From the NCBI RefSeq assembly GCF_018977255.1, contig NW_024704746.1:32736001-32800000 (forward strand): a DNA stretch of 64,000 nt, written 5' to 3'. A model generated the notes under the pieces. The model saw only the letters and a program-made list of their open reading frames with translations, searched no databases and was not told the origin of the DNA. The DNA is from Callorhinchus milii (Eukaryota). Below are positions 1 to 14,600 of this stretch, in pieces (the first letter of the stretch is position 1; each line of letters opens with the position of its first letter). The position numbers were made by a program, and so were the translations under genes.

Positions 1-1089
1 ATGTTACGGTGGATATCTGGGAATATTTGCAAGTCACTAATTTAATTGTTCAAGTAACAGCATGAACCACAGGAGCAAAGATCAAGTCATTTATTAAATG
101 TTCCCAGAACGCTAAGATTAAATGAAACAAAATCCTATGGTAACTGTAATCTTTCACACTGGGATCCAACATGTGCTATTCTCCAATGTTAACAAACTGG
201 TCGTTCTAGCAACTAGGAAGAATTAAAGAGCTCCAGGTCAAACCAGTCAATTTAAAGAACTATTATCTTCAACATAAGGATGAGACCTTATTACTAATAT
301 ACTAATATACATGACTCATTTCAATATCACAAGATTAAGCCATAAAGTTCTGATTTTCTCGTTAAACAAGTTACATATTTTTGCTTGCGACTACTTTGTT
401 CACTTTCAGTGAGGTAAGTGATTTTCCCTCCACCAATAGTTTCATTTTATTACACGAACTTGCATTTAAATAATGCCTACCCCATAGGATATTGCAAATA
501 GTTTGAGGTAGAAATACCGAAAGTGAAAATATTACCACATTTGTATGATAATAAAATAACCAGAAATGAATGTAAATGAACCAGCCTCCATTTTTTACAT
601 TAAAAGCTGTAGGTTATATGAATGGCTTCCAAATCCTTTTTTCCTTCTTTCCCCATTGATAAAAACATGCTGTTTGGGTCCCAGTTTTCATTACTGAGGC
701 CTTTGTGTCTTCAATGATACTTGTGTGTTGTACATTCAAGTTTCAGAAAGAAAATTCCAATAAGGGAAAGTGAGAAAGAAACATGATTCTGTTTATTCAA
801 TAATGTATTTTGAATAGCATTTTACATAGCTGTGAAACTGAATTGATCTTACTTGGAGATTGTTTTGGGGATGTAGCATTTGGTAAGTACTAATGATTGA
901 GATGAAAGAAGTCATGGAGTCAGCAGCTTTAATTATCATTGTGAATACATAAATCTCATTCATCACAAAGTTCAGTGTTTAATGGCAGCACAAATAGAAT
1001 AAAGATAATTAGATCTCACCTACCAAGGTATTTCTACAGTCTGAACCCTTAAATGTAACAGTAAATGCACATGCACAGAACACCCCCTC

Positions 1090-1395
1090 CATGGAATAAT
1101 CTGCTCTGTGGGCTTTATGCAGCAAATTAGTTGACGTGGGCTAAGCATTGCACTCATAGTTTAATAAAGTATCTAATTTTGTCCTTGAGCACTTATAAAT
1201 AAATGTAATGCAATTTTAAATTAAAATAACATGAAAGCAGAAATATAAAATTAAATTATATATTTAAAATTGCATTACATTTATTCATAAACCCGTAAGA
1301 ATAAATTTGCTAATTCCTGAATAGGGCAAAATAGTGTTACGTATTCGCCGATGTCAACAAATTTGGAATAAACAAGGTTCAGTAATTCCATACAA
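1090..1395. repeat. Long imperfect palindrome (likely a MITE relic) with a perfect 24-bp inverted repeat
   Basis: 1198-1221 AATAAATGTAATGCAATTTTAAAT is the exact reverse complement of 1262-1285. Outer arms CAAATTAGTTGAC and GTCAACAAATTTG also pair. Confidence 0.7.
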
Positions 1396-2429
1396 TTCAG
1401 AATTTCAGGCAAACTTTGCTTTCCTGGATGTTTGGGCTGAATGTACAAATAAAACAAAAAAGGCTAAACGTGATTTATACTCATCCTCCCTAGCATGGTG
1501 AGTGTTAAACTGAGGTCATGTCTGCTTGCTCAGGTGGATGGCCTTGGGGCTGTTTGGAAAAAGGAGTTTCTCCTGGTATCCTGGCCAACAAACACAGAAA
1601 TAGCTGGTCATTCATTTAATGATAGTTTGTGTGACATTGGCGTGTGCAAATCCACAAACGCCACAGTACATTATCCTGGGAAGCACTTTTAGAACATGCT
1701 CCTGATTTTGCAGCATAATAATGACAAAGAGGAAAACATCCAGTGCCTCAGTTAACTGTCATCTTCCACCGAGAGCTGTTTACAAGTAGTTTTTATTAAG
1801 TGGAACCCATCATCACATACCTACACCCCATTAGTGATTAGAACTGTATTCATTTTAGAGCAATTTTAAATGTCAAAGCAACAAAAATGTTAACCATTAA
1901 TTGCAAACATGGGAGAAAAGAAGGGTATGAAGGGGAGGGAGGGGGGTAGATTGAGTGGAGATTCACATGGAATACAAACACCAGCCAAGACTGGTTGGAT
2001 CCAATTGCATGGTTGTGTGCTGGAGATTTTATTATTTAGAATGATGATTGGAATAGATTGGATTAGATTAATGAGACTAAATCTAGAGCCTCCCCTCTCC
2101 ATTCCCCCATTCCAATCCCTCCTTCACGAAAAAAGCTTTTGCCCAACTTTTTGGGGAGGGGGTTTACAAAAACCAGCTACAGTGACTCAAACCATCTTGG
2201 AAACTGGTCAAAGGAAGCTCTTAGCATCATCACAAAACTACCCATTCTGTTTTTAAAAAAGTCTGTTAAAACACGTTTTCTAGGAAATCAACGATCCTTT
2301 AGTGGCTGTGGCTCATTTTACACTTAAATGCTGTGAATGGGAACGGATCTGATGTGATCAGTGTCAATTTCGGAGGTTGACTGTGAGATGGTGAGGTGTG
2401 TGTCTGTGTTAATGATTGCAGCTCAGAGT

Positions 2430-2450
2430 TTGCACCTGCACATTATAAAC
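2430..2450 (+). promoter_or_regulatory. Candidate TATA box (TATAAA 2444-2449) with an upstream E-box (CACCTG) for the ZP gene
   Basis: CACCTGCACATTATAAAC lies about 200 nt upstream of the signal-peptide ATG. Motif match only. Confidence 0.4.
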
Positions 2451-2644
2451 CAGTCATTTGCCTCATTCAGAGCCTTTTTTTGGTAACAGAAAGGTCTCCA
2501 TTTCCAAGACTTGCATTTGTTTCCTGGATTTAATGTTGTGTTTTGATCGACCCTGTTGTAAAAGGAAGTATTGCTGCTTGCACTGATACAGAGAGAAGTG
2601 GCTGCTATCTGTCTGTGTGTGTGCGTCTCTGGTCCATGTGTTGG

Positions 2645-5600
2645 ATGGCGAGTGTGAGCTCCTGCAGCTCTCTGCTGTTCGGTGCTATCCTCCTCTCAAC
2701 CTGCTCAGCAATCCAACCACTGAAACCAGCAGGTAATGCAGAACTGCAGGTCTGGTTTTCTCGAATTAAGAGCAAAAACAACATCCAAAAAAAAGTACAA
2801 ATGCATGTTGATCTGGTCATGTTAAACATTTTGTTCAAAGGCACTTTTCAACAAAAAATGAGTATGTGTGACAATAAATAAGAGTTTAATTTGCAATGTA
2901 TAGATATTGTCAATGCAGTATTGTTCTTGTCTCTCTATACGTTCAGGAAATTCAGTAAAAGCCCAATTCTGGATGTTGGTACTGTTGAGTGCATTACTAA
3001 TGGAGTCGGGTAGCGCAGTGGTTAGAGCCCTTGCCTCCCAAGCATAGAGGACCTGGGTTCTATTCCTAGCAGAGCAAAATATTGGGCAAGTTTTCCTTAC
3101 TCCACACTTCTCTGTTTACCTAACAGTAAGTAGGAGCCCAATTGTTAGTCAATTGGTGGATTGCTTTTCCAGGGGTAATAATTCTTTTAAAAAAATAATT
3201 TGGTCACTTCAATCCACGACTTTGTGGGACACTGCTGTGTACAATTGACCGGTGTGTTTTGCCCACAAAATATAGTCAATTCATTTTACAGTATATATTC
3301 TGTGAAGCACTTTGAGATGTCTCGAAGACCTGTTAAGGGGCTATATCAATTGCAAGGATTATTATTATTACACCATTCAACTTCAATATAAGTGTTACCA
3401 CTAAATGATAACCATGTTGGTTGGATCTATGAATGACTGGAGTTATTGGACATAAAGATCTTTCTGTCTTTCAAGTTGGGCCTTGAATATATTTTGGGGG
3501 CTTTACTGATCAGTCGCTAAAACCACAAGATTACATTTTTGCAAACTGTAAAATAATCTATCCACATGAATATATTTCATTCTGTATTTTTCAGGGGTGA
3601 ACCCAGGGAACTGTGGTGCTGTCTTGCTTTGCTGGGAAATAACATCAAGCGCTGTATCTGAAAGGTAAATGCCATAGTGAGAAAATTTGTACCATATTTG
3701 TAGCTTAATATTGTTAGCTCTCTGAGTTTAACACCCCCTCCGTAAATATTGTCGCTACAGTGACATTAAAGGTCTTATAGTTAGTGAAACGGGCCATTTA
3801 ATCCAACTAGTCCGTGTCGATATTTATGCTTTATATTATCCACCACCCCTCCTATTCCAGTTCAGATGAAATTGGAATGCAGTGATATCAATGAATTGCT
3901 TCTGAATGTATGCTTAATGTGCTTAACATATAACGATAATATCAACCAGAGGGAGTCGAATTGTTGCCTATCCTATTCCGTTAGCAGTGTTAGGATCTTT
4001 GTGTATTTTATGTATGTCTTTCAGTGACTTTTGCTTGTAATAAAATCTGAAGACTAAGTTATTTGATGTCTATACCCAGTTTGAATCCAACCTTGACTGA
4101 TTGTGTGGGTGTACATTGTGTTTCCAGTAGACTTGGGTCCAAAGTATTTAAAAATTCCCACTTTAAGGGGTTGTTAAATGTCCTTATACGATGTAGCAGA
4201 AAAACTGGCCTTGGGCTGCCCGTAACTTTGCAAATTTGTGATTTTTAAATTTTGCAAACTTGTGATTTTTATTTCTTGTTTTGTTCTATTAGAGAATTTT
4301 ATTTAAATGGCAACAACGTAATTCATGCTGAAAGATTGAGAAGATCTGGGTCCTTACTGTTGGAACCTCAGGCGAAGCACATTATGCAGTACTTTCATAC
4401 TAATGGATCACTGACTTGGAGAATCTATACTACATGTATGTAAATAATGACAATTCAGCTTTGTCGTACGCATTCTTTCTCTGATCAATGTTTGGATTAA
4501 TAGCTAATTACTGTTCTGGCTTTTAATGGATGTCTTTCTGACCTGATAGATTTTATTTTAAAGTAACTGAGACTGGAACTTAAGAGCTAACCTAACAGCA
4601 ACCTGTTCATTGACCAATCGTAACTAAACCAAGCTGTTAGGAGCTTTAATTGAGTGTTTTTCCTGTGTGGGTTCATATAACTATTTGAATTTGTGTGTAC
4701 AAGTGACTTGACTTTGGCAAATTGCTCTGCTTCTTGACTTTCTTTCGAACAAATCTTTGTTTTGTACTTCTTAAACCTTTGAGGCCCTTCACGCATAGAA
4801 GCCTTGTCCATGAATGGAAATATCACAGAGGTGGTTTCCCACAGTATTGAAAAGGTAGGATAGCACTGGCATTGTTCGTTGTAAATAGGAGCTTTGCAAC
4901 TTATGATGGGAGAGGGGATTTAGGTGAACGCTTTAAACAGAACTAATTTTGTTAATAATCATTGTTGTATTTGCTTTCTAGAAAACTGTAAACAACAAGC
5001 CAAGTTTAGCGTTCTTAAGAAGCACTAAATTGGTTTGTATGGGTGAAATCCTTCACTTCTCAGAGAAAGATGGGTTTTCCTTGGCAGTAGGTAGGTTTCC
5101 TGCTCTTGATGTTGAATTCAAAATACAGCACCTATTGTGTGATATTTGTAAGAAGTCTCTTAATAGGGAAGCCTGATGTACCCATTATTGCCTTCCTCTT
5201 CAAATAAATCTATTTTTGGAGCAGAGTTCCTGTGTGGTGATGTGATGTACATTTGGTTACACAAAAGAGTTCCTCCTCAGATTCCTTACTCAGGACTCTG
5301 TTTGAAATTGACTGTGTTAGATGCCAATGAATGTATGACTTGTGTGTATAACACAGGGTTTATAAATCATTGAATTGTTAATCTATTCCACTAACTTAAA
5401 ATTTCTATAATTCTACAAATGAGTAAACTGTTGACCTGATGTAAATGCCTGTGTCTATAATGGAATTGAATGACCATTCGAACATTGTACAAAGCGATCT
5501 CAATTTGTGGGGTGGGGGGAAGAAAAGCGTTTGTTAAACACCGGCTTTTAAAAATTGTTTCTATGTCTTGCAGCAATTGCTGATCACTTCCCTTTGGAAA

Positions 5601-8600
5601 TCATCACTGCTCCCACCAGTATCTCCCCAAGTGTTTCCTCAAATTTTAGCAGCCACATACCTGAAGATCTCCCTTGCGCACTATTATTGTTCAGTTCAGA
5701 CGAGAATATCTTGCATCAAGAGACCGTTCAAGACCGAAGACTTGAATTCACGGGTTTAATGCCATGCAATCAATACACTGTGTGTTTGACTATTGGTGAG
5801 GACCACAGTATCTGTGCTACAACTGTAACAGGTAATAAAGATTTTGGTTTTTAATTAATAATAATAATAATCCTTGCATTTGATATAGCGCCTTATCACG
5901 TTTTCACAGGCCCGATAGGCCGAATGGACTCCTTCTGTGCTGTAATATTCTGTGATTCTATGAATAAGAGTAAGTTGTATTCTTTTGGGTTTATTGGACT
6001 GCTGAGGATTTATTGTTAATAGTGAAATCTACATGAAGGAGCATGGTAGACAATGCAGGCAAGCATCAAGATTGAAAAGAGCAGGAGAACAGATTAGATA
6101 AATCTAACAAGTTAAGCAACTGACATCTAGCTTGGACTCAAATGTCGAATGTACAGAGGCAAGTAGTCCTACAGTTTGAGGTTCTAGAAAAATACATGAG
6201 GTGGCTTTAAATTCATAACAATGGAGATATAGGTTTACATGCCTTGCCTTCCTGTAAGTTTTCAGCTGGGGTTGCCGGAGCTCTGTGGAAAATACTGTCT
6301 ACTGCAGTATCACACAATAAAATGAGCTTCAAGGAGCAGTGTGAACCTCAGATAAAAATTCTTTCCATAATACTGCAATGGAGAGGATAAAATCTAGAGA
6401 TCTAAGAGCTATCACCCATCAGGTTTTTTTTTTTTTTTGCATCATTTTCAAGATTGCCCTGGAGAATTTCCCCAGAGGTGTGAGCAATGTTCAAGACTTT
6501 AAGTGCGCTGAGATGTTACCCTGCATGGAGCACGCTATATAAGTGCAAGTTGTTGTAAGTTGTTGTTGAAGGTGATGTAAGAGTTCTGAGAATGTAATAT
6601 TTCTGTCAATCCAAAAATTACTAATCTGAACATTCCCTTTAAGGATTTACTCAATAAGAAAATTCTTCAAATGAAATCCTGGAAGTCAGGAAGCAAATCT
6701 GTCATCTGGTAACTCTAGATTTCCCCTATGGTAATGCCACATTTTTGCCTTTAATTTCCCCCTGATGGTTCCTGATTGGTTTCCAAAAGAACTGATTTCA
6801 TTGACGAGTTCTCTGCTGTCAATGACCATCCCAATTTTGGTTTTCAAGGGTGTGTGCAATTTCTGCTAATCCCTGAATTTTATATTTTAACAATATTGGA
6901 TCTATATTTGGAATCCAGATGTTGCTTCTGGATGTGATCACAGCATCTGGACCTGAACAAACCCATTCTCAGGTGGACTGAAGCTACATTTCATTGTAAA
7001 TTGTCCTGGCTGTCATGATGAAGAACATTTCCTTGGCATCAAGCATCTGTACTGCATGGTTGAGTTAGTTCAATTCAAACTACTGTATTACAAAATTGCC
7101 TTTGAAATATCATCCCTTTATAGATTTGATGGGTTCTAGTTATTTCAGTTCTGCCAGTGAAATGGAAAATTGCTGTTCCCAAAGTGCACGATTTGTATCG
7201 AGGCTTATTAAAATTTTAGAGCAGCAGCTTTTTAATAAAAAAAGTTCTAATACTTGTACACCACAGATTTATGGAAAATCATGTCTTTAAGAAAGTTAAC
7301 CCTGCTGAAACATTTTGTACACAATATGACAAGTTTTTTTAAACCAGTTGGAATAGATTATATTGCATGCTCGAGTTGCTACAGAACTGTGTGATCAGGT
7401 TTAAAAATAAATCATCTTACATAAGGGATGTCAGTGGGAGTGGAACACAAGTCTATTTTGCACCTAGGTTACCGTTGAACAGTATAAGATCCAGATTCAC
7501 TCTCACTGCCCTAACAATGTCAATTAACCCAAACTCTGAGTGCTTCCTTCTGCATCAGTGAGATACAGTATTTCCCATTTCCCACATCAATCGTGCTTTG
7601 CCCTTTCCAATTGGTACCAAATTGAAGGCAGTTTCTTGCTGTGAGCCTGTGCCGAGTACGAACTAAATTGTGACTATCTGATCTCGCTTCAAGCAGGAAT
7701 CTACAGATAACTGAGGGATGATTTTATCCTTTTAGTCTGAACTGGGCTTGAATCCAGAAAGGAGTCGGCATATCCACAGTATATTATTATTATTATATTC
7801 TATGAAAGGTTATTTAGTGAGGTAAAATGCTGGCTTGCCCACAAAGAATCATGCGTGTGTAATAGGTTTATGCTAACAGATGACTATCATTTTCATCATA
7901 CTGTCTAGGATAATAGAATTTCAGAAGCCATTTCCTTCTGAAATTGTGTGTTAAACTGTCGTGTTTGAGTGTGGAGTGCAGGATTTAACTGTTGTAAGAG
8001 CAACACTATTAAATGGGATAAAATGCTAACTTCACGTTTTAGAATGCCCATCTCTTGAACACGCAAATGAAAGGCTAGGCCAATATACTAATTGTTTGAG
8101 TCATTTCCATTATATGATTCGGGTAAAGTACTTGAAATGTATAAGCTAAGTCAAACACGCATTCCCTGGTTTGTAACTCAGCCAATAAACTTTATTCTTG
8201 GACTGGAAACATTCAATCATATTCTACACAAATTACCATGAAGTTGTTTGAACGATGAGATACAAAGACAGATGCAATACAGTATTAACTCTGAACTTTT
8301 TTTGTTGTAGATCCAACTCCACCCAGTAACTTAACTGTAATAACTTCAAGTTCCGATAGTGTTACTATCTCCTGGGATAAACCAGCTTTGGGACGTTTTG
8401 ATTGGTTTCTACTGAAAATCTATCTGTTCGGGCAGCGTGGAGAAGCTGGTGATTCATTACTTCAGTCTTACAATTTAATGCAGAGCGGGACTGCATTTGT
8501 CGTTGATGAATTGCCTGCTTGCCAGAAGGTGAATATTTCTCTTGCCGCTGTATGTGAAGCTGCTGCAATAAAGACAAGTCAGGTGATCTACATCATAGCT

Positions 8601-11600
8601 GTTACAGGTGAGCTGGTCAGCAAAAGAACTGAAATTAATGACGAGAATCTGCTTAACCAATAATAAAATGGAATTGTGTTTCCTGCCTCCTCCCCCCACA
8701 GCCCCAATAATGTTTAAAAAAGTGACTCAAATCGCTGGTTCCACTGACAGCTATAGTGTTGCTTGGTCAGTGACTGGTGATCCATCGGAAGTCACGTATG
8801 ACATTTACAAAAGTGGAGTCCTGCAGCTATCTCAGAAACTGAGTGAGTATATGTCAGCTGGCCTCAAACCTTGTACCCAAGAGATCCTCACAGTGGAAGC
8901 TGTCTGCAGAGATGGGAGTGTGGCGGACAGGAGGACAATCACCGTAGCTACAGGTCAGTAGAATTATTTCCGTGGTTTCAAATTGGACTACGGTTTATCA
9001 GTACGTTTTTTTTAGTTGTTAGATTTTATAATGAGTTGGGCGTAATAATAATTGCATTTGATATAGCGCCTTATCACGTCATTGAGATGCGTCAAAGCGC
9101 TTCACAGAATGTTCTGTGAATTGATGTTTTGTGGGCAAAACGTGGCAGGCAGTTGCTCACAGCAGTGTCCCACAAACATTCATTAATTGAGTGACCACAG
9201 TATTTATTTTTAAGGGATTATTACCCCCAGAAACTGATCCGCCAATTGACTAACAACCAGGTTCCTACTTATGAGGCGTATGGAGGAAGGACACTTGACT
9301 AAGGATAACGGATGCAAGAGACCTTAAATGACTCCACATATTTTAAATGAAGAAAAATTGAATTTTGTGCGTTGGTGATCTACGTTAGGTAGTGATTTAG
9401 TAACACGAATACAACTTGCGTACAGGCTCACAGCACATGCTTGTGCCTCCCACTTTTTCCCCCTTGAAGCACATCAAGAAAATAAAGAAATCTTCCCAAT
9501 GGCGACTTGCTCGAGCAGTGAAAGCTTCTGATGGGATTACATTTCTGTCCCATTTTGATAAGAGCAGGATGTGAGCTGCCCGCCACGTTTGTTTACTGGC
9601 TTCGTCTGTCTGCCAGTATCATGCTGCAGTTCATGGTTACAGTTCACTTCACATCCCAGGTCTATCCGCATGCTTTAATCAAAATGAATCAGCTAACAGT
9701 TTAACGCATCGTGTGTGACATATGGTTACTAAGATTGTGTTGCGTGCAAAGCCAAAAATGTGATTAGGGTTCTATTTTAATAATGAGCTATTTTTATGGA
9801 GGCACACATCCTTCAAATGGCCCATGAGATGTTTATTTTTAAAACTGTTTTGGTTTACCTTGAGGGTAGCCGTTCATTCTTGACACTTTTAGATGCCGCA
9901 AATCACTATTTATATTAAAAAAAACCTTGCTATTGGTTTCCTCGGGGAAAAGTGCAAAATATTTTTTGGATATCTTTGCCAGTCAACGTTGCTACTGTCT
10001 GTTAGGGTTAGTGGTTTCTGAATGATGGTAGTTTAGAAAGTATGAAAAGGTTGACACTATATCTTACGTAAAGCAGTCTAAAGTGTCATACCAATTTTCT
10101 TTCTATTTGCTAAGCCCGTTTTCTTTCTCCCTGGTTCCTGTTTTTGGGGGGGAAATGAGGCAGGGTTAATAACCTTCATAACAGATGCTCTGTAATCTCT
10201 TCAGCTCTATGGTCTTGGTGACCACTGTTCTTCCGTGCTGCTTTATTGCTGGCTCTGGACTATTCCATCAATGGATCTGCTGTGATCAACCTCTTCATAT
10301 ATACTAGCGATTTCCAGGAGACATCCTCTCCCATCCATGTTGGGTATCTTGATCCTGTATTGCAATACTGTGGCCTCTTCAATTGTGCTTTTGGCCACTT
10401 TCCTTTCTACCCCCTCCCCCCAGCTTGGGTTTCTAATTGACCTTGTGAAGCGCTTTGAGATCCTCTTGGGGGTGAAAGCCACTTTATCAACATAAATTGT
10501 TGTAGACTGAACCTGAAGTTGTCAGTAGATTCTTAGCTGTATCCAAATCTGTATCAATTGGGGTGAGAATCTGTTCTACCCCATTGTATTTGAGTTAATT
10601 TTCCCCTATTTAAATACTATTTAATTTTAACACAAAGCCTTTAATTCATGAATTGGATGTTTTTTTCTTCTAGCTCCAGAGATGATTACTGCCCTTCAAT
10701 ACAAATGCTCTATGGATGGAGGCTTTTTCTCCTGGCATGCCCCACCGACATTCCACCTTATATTTATCAGCATTGACCACATTTTAACAAGTGTTACCAG
10801 GAAAGCATATCATTTGGTGACTGGTTTAGCCAGCTGCACACAATACCAGTACAAGTTTGAAGCAGTATGTGGAAGATGGCGGAGTAAAGCTGTCATTTGG
10901 ACAGATGCTACAGGTATCCTTAGAATTAATGTGGAGGGGGAAAAACTAATTTGTATAACTGATGCTAACAATCTTAGTCAAAGGTGCTTTTTCTGTATTT
11001 TTTTCTTATCCCTTTCGTGTTGTGATGATTGATAATGGAGTTGGAACCAATGAACTGTCCCAATGAATATGCAACAACAAGTTTACATTTGTATAGCCCC
11101 TTTCATGTCAGGAGGATTTCCCAAGACGCTGGATAGTGTACAGCATTTCATATACTATTAAACATGAAAGGTTTCATTAGATGAGTTGTTTGAAATTCGG
11201 TAGCTTGCCAACTAATATATAATATACACAGATTACTGCTTTGCATGATGGAATGAAATGTAATGCCATGCAAACATGAAATTTGACATCTTACAGAATA
11301 CATGCATTTTTGGTACTCAGTTTCTTATACATATCCACCATCTAACAAATGTGTAAAGAAAAGGTTGAGCGTATAAAGAAACCACCAATTCTAATGCCCT
11401 CAAACCCAAGGCTAAGAATACAAAAAAAATTGTAACTTCCCACTTTTGCATGATATCAGCCATTGCTTTAAAACCCAAAGTGCTATTTCATGGAAAAATA
11501 ACCTTCTACAATAATCTATTGCAATATGTTCAAATAAATCTTATTTGACTACCTAGTTTCAAATAGAAACAGCCTTTTTTTAAAAAAAAGCAATGGTATG

Positions 11601-14600
11601 AGATAACAAAATACAATACAAAATTACATTTCTATCATAGCACCTTTCACGTTGGGAGGACGTCCCAACGCGCTATACAAATGGTTAAGTAGGCTTGATG
11701 GGTTGAATGATCCATTCCTGTGGCTGAGTCTTGTTAGTCTGTGCCCATGTACTATAATAGTAAAATTGTAGTATATGTAACATTTTAGAATTCCAAAGGA
11801 TTTGCTACAGCCAAAGCAATTGTTAATTTGAGTTTTGATTGTATGTCCAGAAGGAATTTTTGGACTCAGAAAGGTTAACCACTAAATCTCTTGGGGAAAG
11901 CCTGGATTAATTTTAATTTGCTTTCAGGCAGTCTGGCATGATGGAACTTAATTGAGTCTAAATAATTAAAGAAGAAATGAGGCAGCTGAGGGTGGTGCCT
12001 GGCATTATTACCTTGCGTTGATGCAAGGAGCAAGTTGCCCTTTAAGCTAAAATGCTTCGCTATTCCTGGAAATGTTTTTTTGTTAAAAACCACTTTGATC
12101 CATTGCAATGAAACTTCAGCATGTGATTGGGGAAATAGAAAGCGAGTCCTGATTCTGATCTTCACTAACTGATGACTTGACAAGTTTACATTTTCAAAAT
12201 GTTTATGCATCATGTGAGAATTTAACTTCTTGCTGGTAAGGTGACATAAAACATCTATCAATCACCTCACTGATTTAAATGAATTGTAATGCTCGAAGTC
12301 CTCTTATCATGGATCCACAAGACTAAGGATACATGTGAATCTAGCCACTAGTCATTTTCTGTTTATCTGGATAATGGTGAGGAGAGGATTGGATTTCGGT
12401 GGAATGGATTCGATGCTTGAATAGCCTAGCAAACTAGACTCGCACACAAAGAACAGACATGGGCAATATTGCTGGGCTGAACTATATTCCTGCTCAAATC
12501 ACAAGCTTCAGACGGAACAAGTAGGAAGCAAACTGATAAATAAATTCTTACCTTAGAATATAAGAGATTAATAGATCTGAGAGTACTATTTCTCCATTAA
12601 TTTAGATCCTTTTATTTATATTCCTTAGACTGTCCAGTAGAAACCTCACTTTCAGTTTATAAGAGTGCCATAATGTTGCCTGGTAAAATGTGCATCTGCA
12701 TTCATTTCCCATGGAAGTTTGCAGACTATATGGATGACCCATCTTCCAGAGCATATCAAGAATTGTCAGCTATTGCTAAGTCCAAGGTAAGACTTGACTA
12801 TTATAAGGGTGCACTTCAGATTTTACGGTCACTTATTTATCTCTAGAGCTAAAACCCAAACTTGTGCTTCTAAATTACGGTGGTTAGGAAGCACAAAAAA
12901 TCTAGATAATTAAGATGTTGCAATTCTAGGTGATATTGCTGAGTTTAAGGTACATTATCATGAGCGAGGGAACCTGACTCATCATTTGTGTATGCCTAAG
13001 GTTGAGTTTATTGAATTCTGGTTTGTAAGCTTGAGTATATTGAATGCTGCTTGAGTGAGCTTATTGAATGCTGCCATGTCATTAAGTAGAAATATGTATT
13101 TGTTTATATGCTTTTTTTCTGTAACTTGAACTTGATGTGTTATCTTCAGATTCTCGAGTTGTTCTTAAACTATGGAGAGTTCCCCAATGCTGAGGTGGAG
13201 CTGTTGTACATGGTAAAAAACAACAATACAGTTGAGATGGGAATAGAGGTCCACTTCAATGAGAAGAAGCTAAACCTGTCGACCACAACTCTTGTACAGC
13301 TTCTGCCCTCTTTAAATCACACTACTGTGTTTATAATGGGTGATGCACTGTTCTGGAATGGTGAGTATATGATTTTCTGCTTAAAAATGATACCTTTTGA
13401 TGAAAATGATGAATTTCAGAGATCAGAATTTCAAACTATTCCAATCCAATTTTGTCTGCACTGAATTAAAACCGATTAAAGAAAAATGAGAACCAATTCC
13501 TATGTGAATAAATACTTTTGAAAACGTGCATTAAGCCTTGTTCCTCGCAAGCAAAAGCAATGCTTGTGAGGGACAACTCTTCCACAGTGTTGGTCTGTTA
13601 ATTATCTTTTACCAAATCTATTCTGGATACACAACCTGCACTTGTATAGAAACATAATCATTTCATGTAAACAGTGCCAGTATTCTTCATTTCTGTCAAG
13701 CTTGTGTTCAGTTCATAAACTATTTTATACTATTATTTTGCATTCATCTTGTTAATACAGATGAAGATGAATGTACAAACACTGCTCTGAACAACTGCCC
13801 TGAGAATTCTGACTGCATCAATACTTTCGATTCATTTACGTGCATCTGTCACCAAGGGTTCTATGACATTCATGATGTTGGTGCAGATCATCAAGCAATT
13901 CTCTGTACAGGTAATCGTTTACTCTATTGAAACAATCTTTGCATTTGATATAGGCACTTCATGTTGGGAGAACATCTCACTGCTTCATAGGCATTGCTGT
14001 AAAGTGCAACTGTATTTTTTAGGCAAATGATTTGCACTGGCTTTTACATTGAATAAATCTCAAAGTACTTTAGTAAAACCTAGTGGGAGCTTGAGCAAGG
14101 TAAGAGCTGAAAGATGGAGGTTGGGGATGGAAGTGACTGAAGGTGCTGCCAATTTACTAATCAAAATATTCTTTCAGCTTGGCTTAGATGGTAGAATTCT
14201 TGCCTGAAGGTCAAAGTGTAGGTGCAAATCCCTCTCTTCTCCCCACCCTGGGCCAGAACTTAAGGTCATGACTTAAATTAACACTTAAGTTCATTAGTGA
14301 GGGAGCACTTTGTCAGAGGTGCTCTTGTGGATGAAAGATTAAACTAAGGTCCACTTGTTCTTCAGGTAGGTGTTAAAGATCTCCCGACACTATTCAAGGT
14401 GGTTTGTTGCTGGCTTCACAGCACAGTAAGGCAGTGATACCAAGAGTATTACAATCTCCCAAATAAAATTGGTCACACTCCATGGCTATTTGTGGGACGT
14501 TGCTATGCCCAACTGGCTGCTGCATTTTGCTCACAAGCACAATCAATCCACTTTACAGTATAATCCTTGAAGCATTTTGAGATGTCTCAATGATGTGAAA

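Noticed and set aside
1495-2327. Short ORFs upstream of the ZP gene
   Set aside because: No recognisable motifs and no consistent splice structure.
6910-7062. Possible extra exon of the ZP gene (cag|AT..ATG|gt)
   Set aside because: There is an in-frame TGA in the required phase-1 frame.
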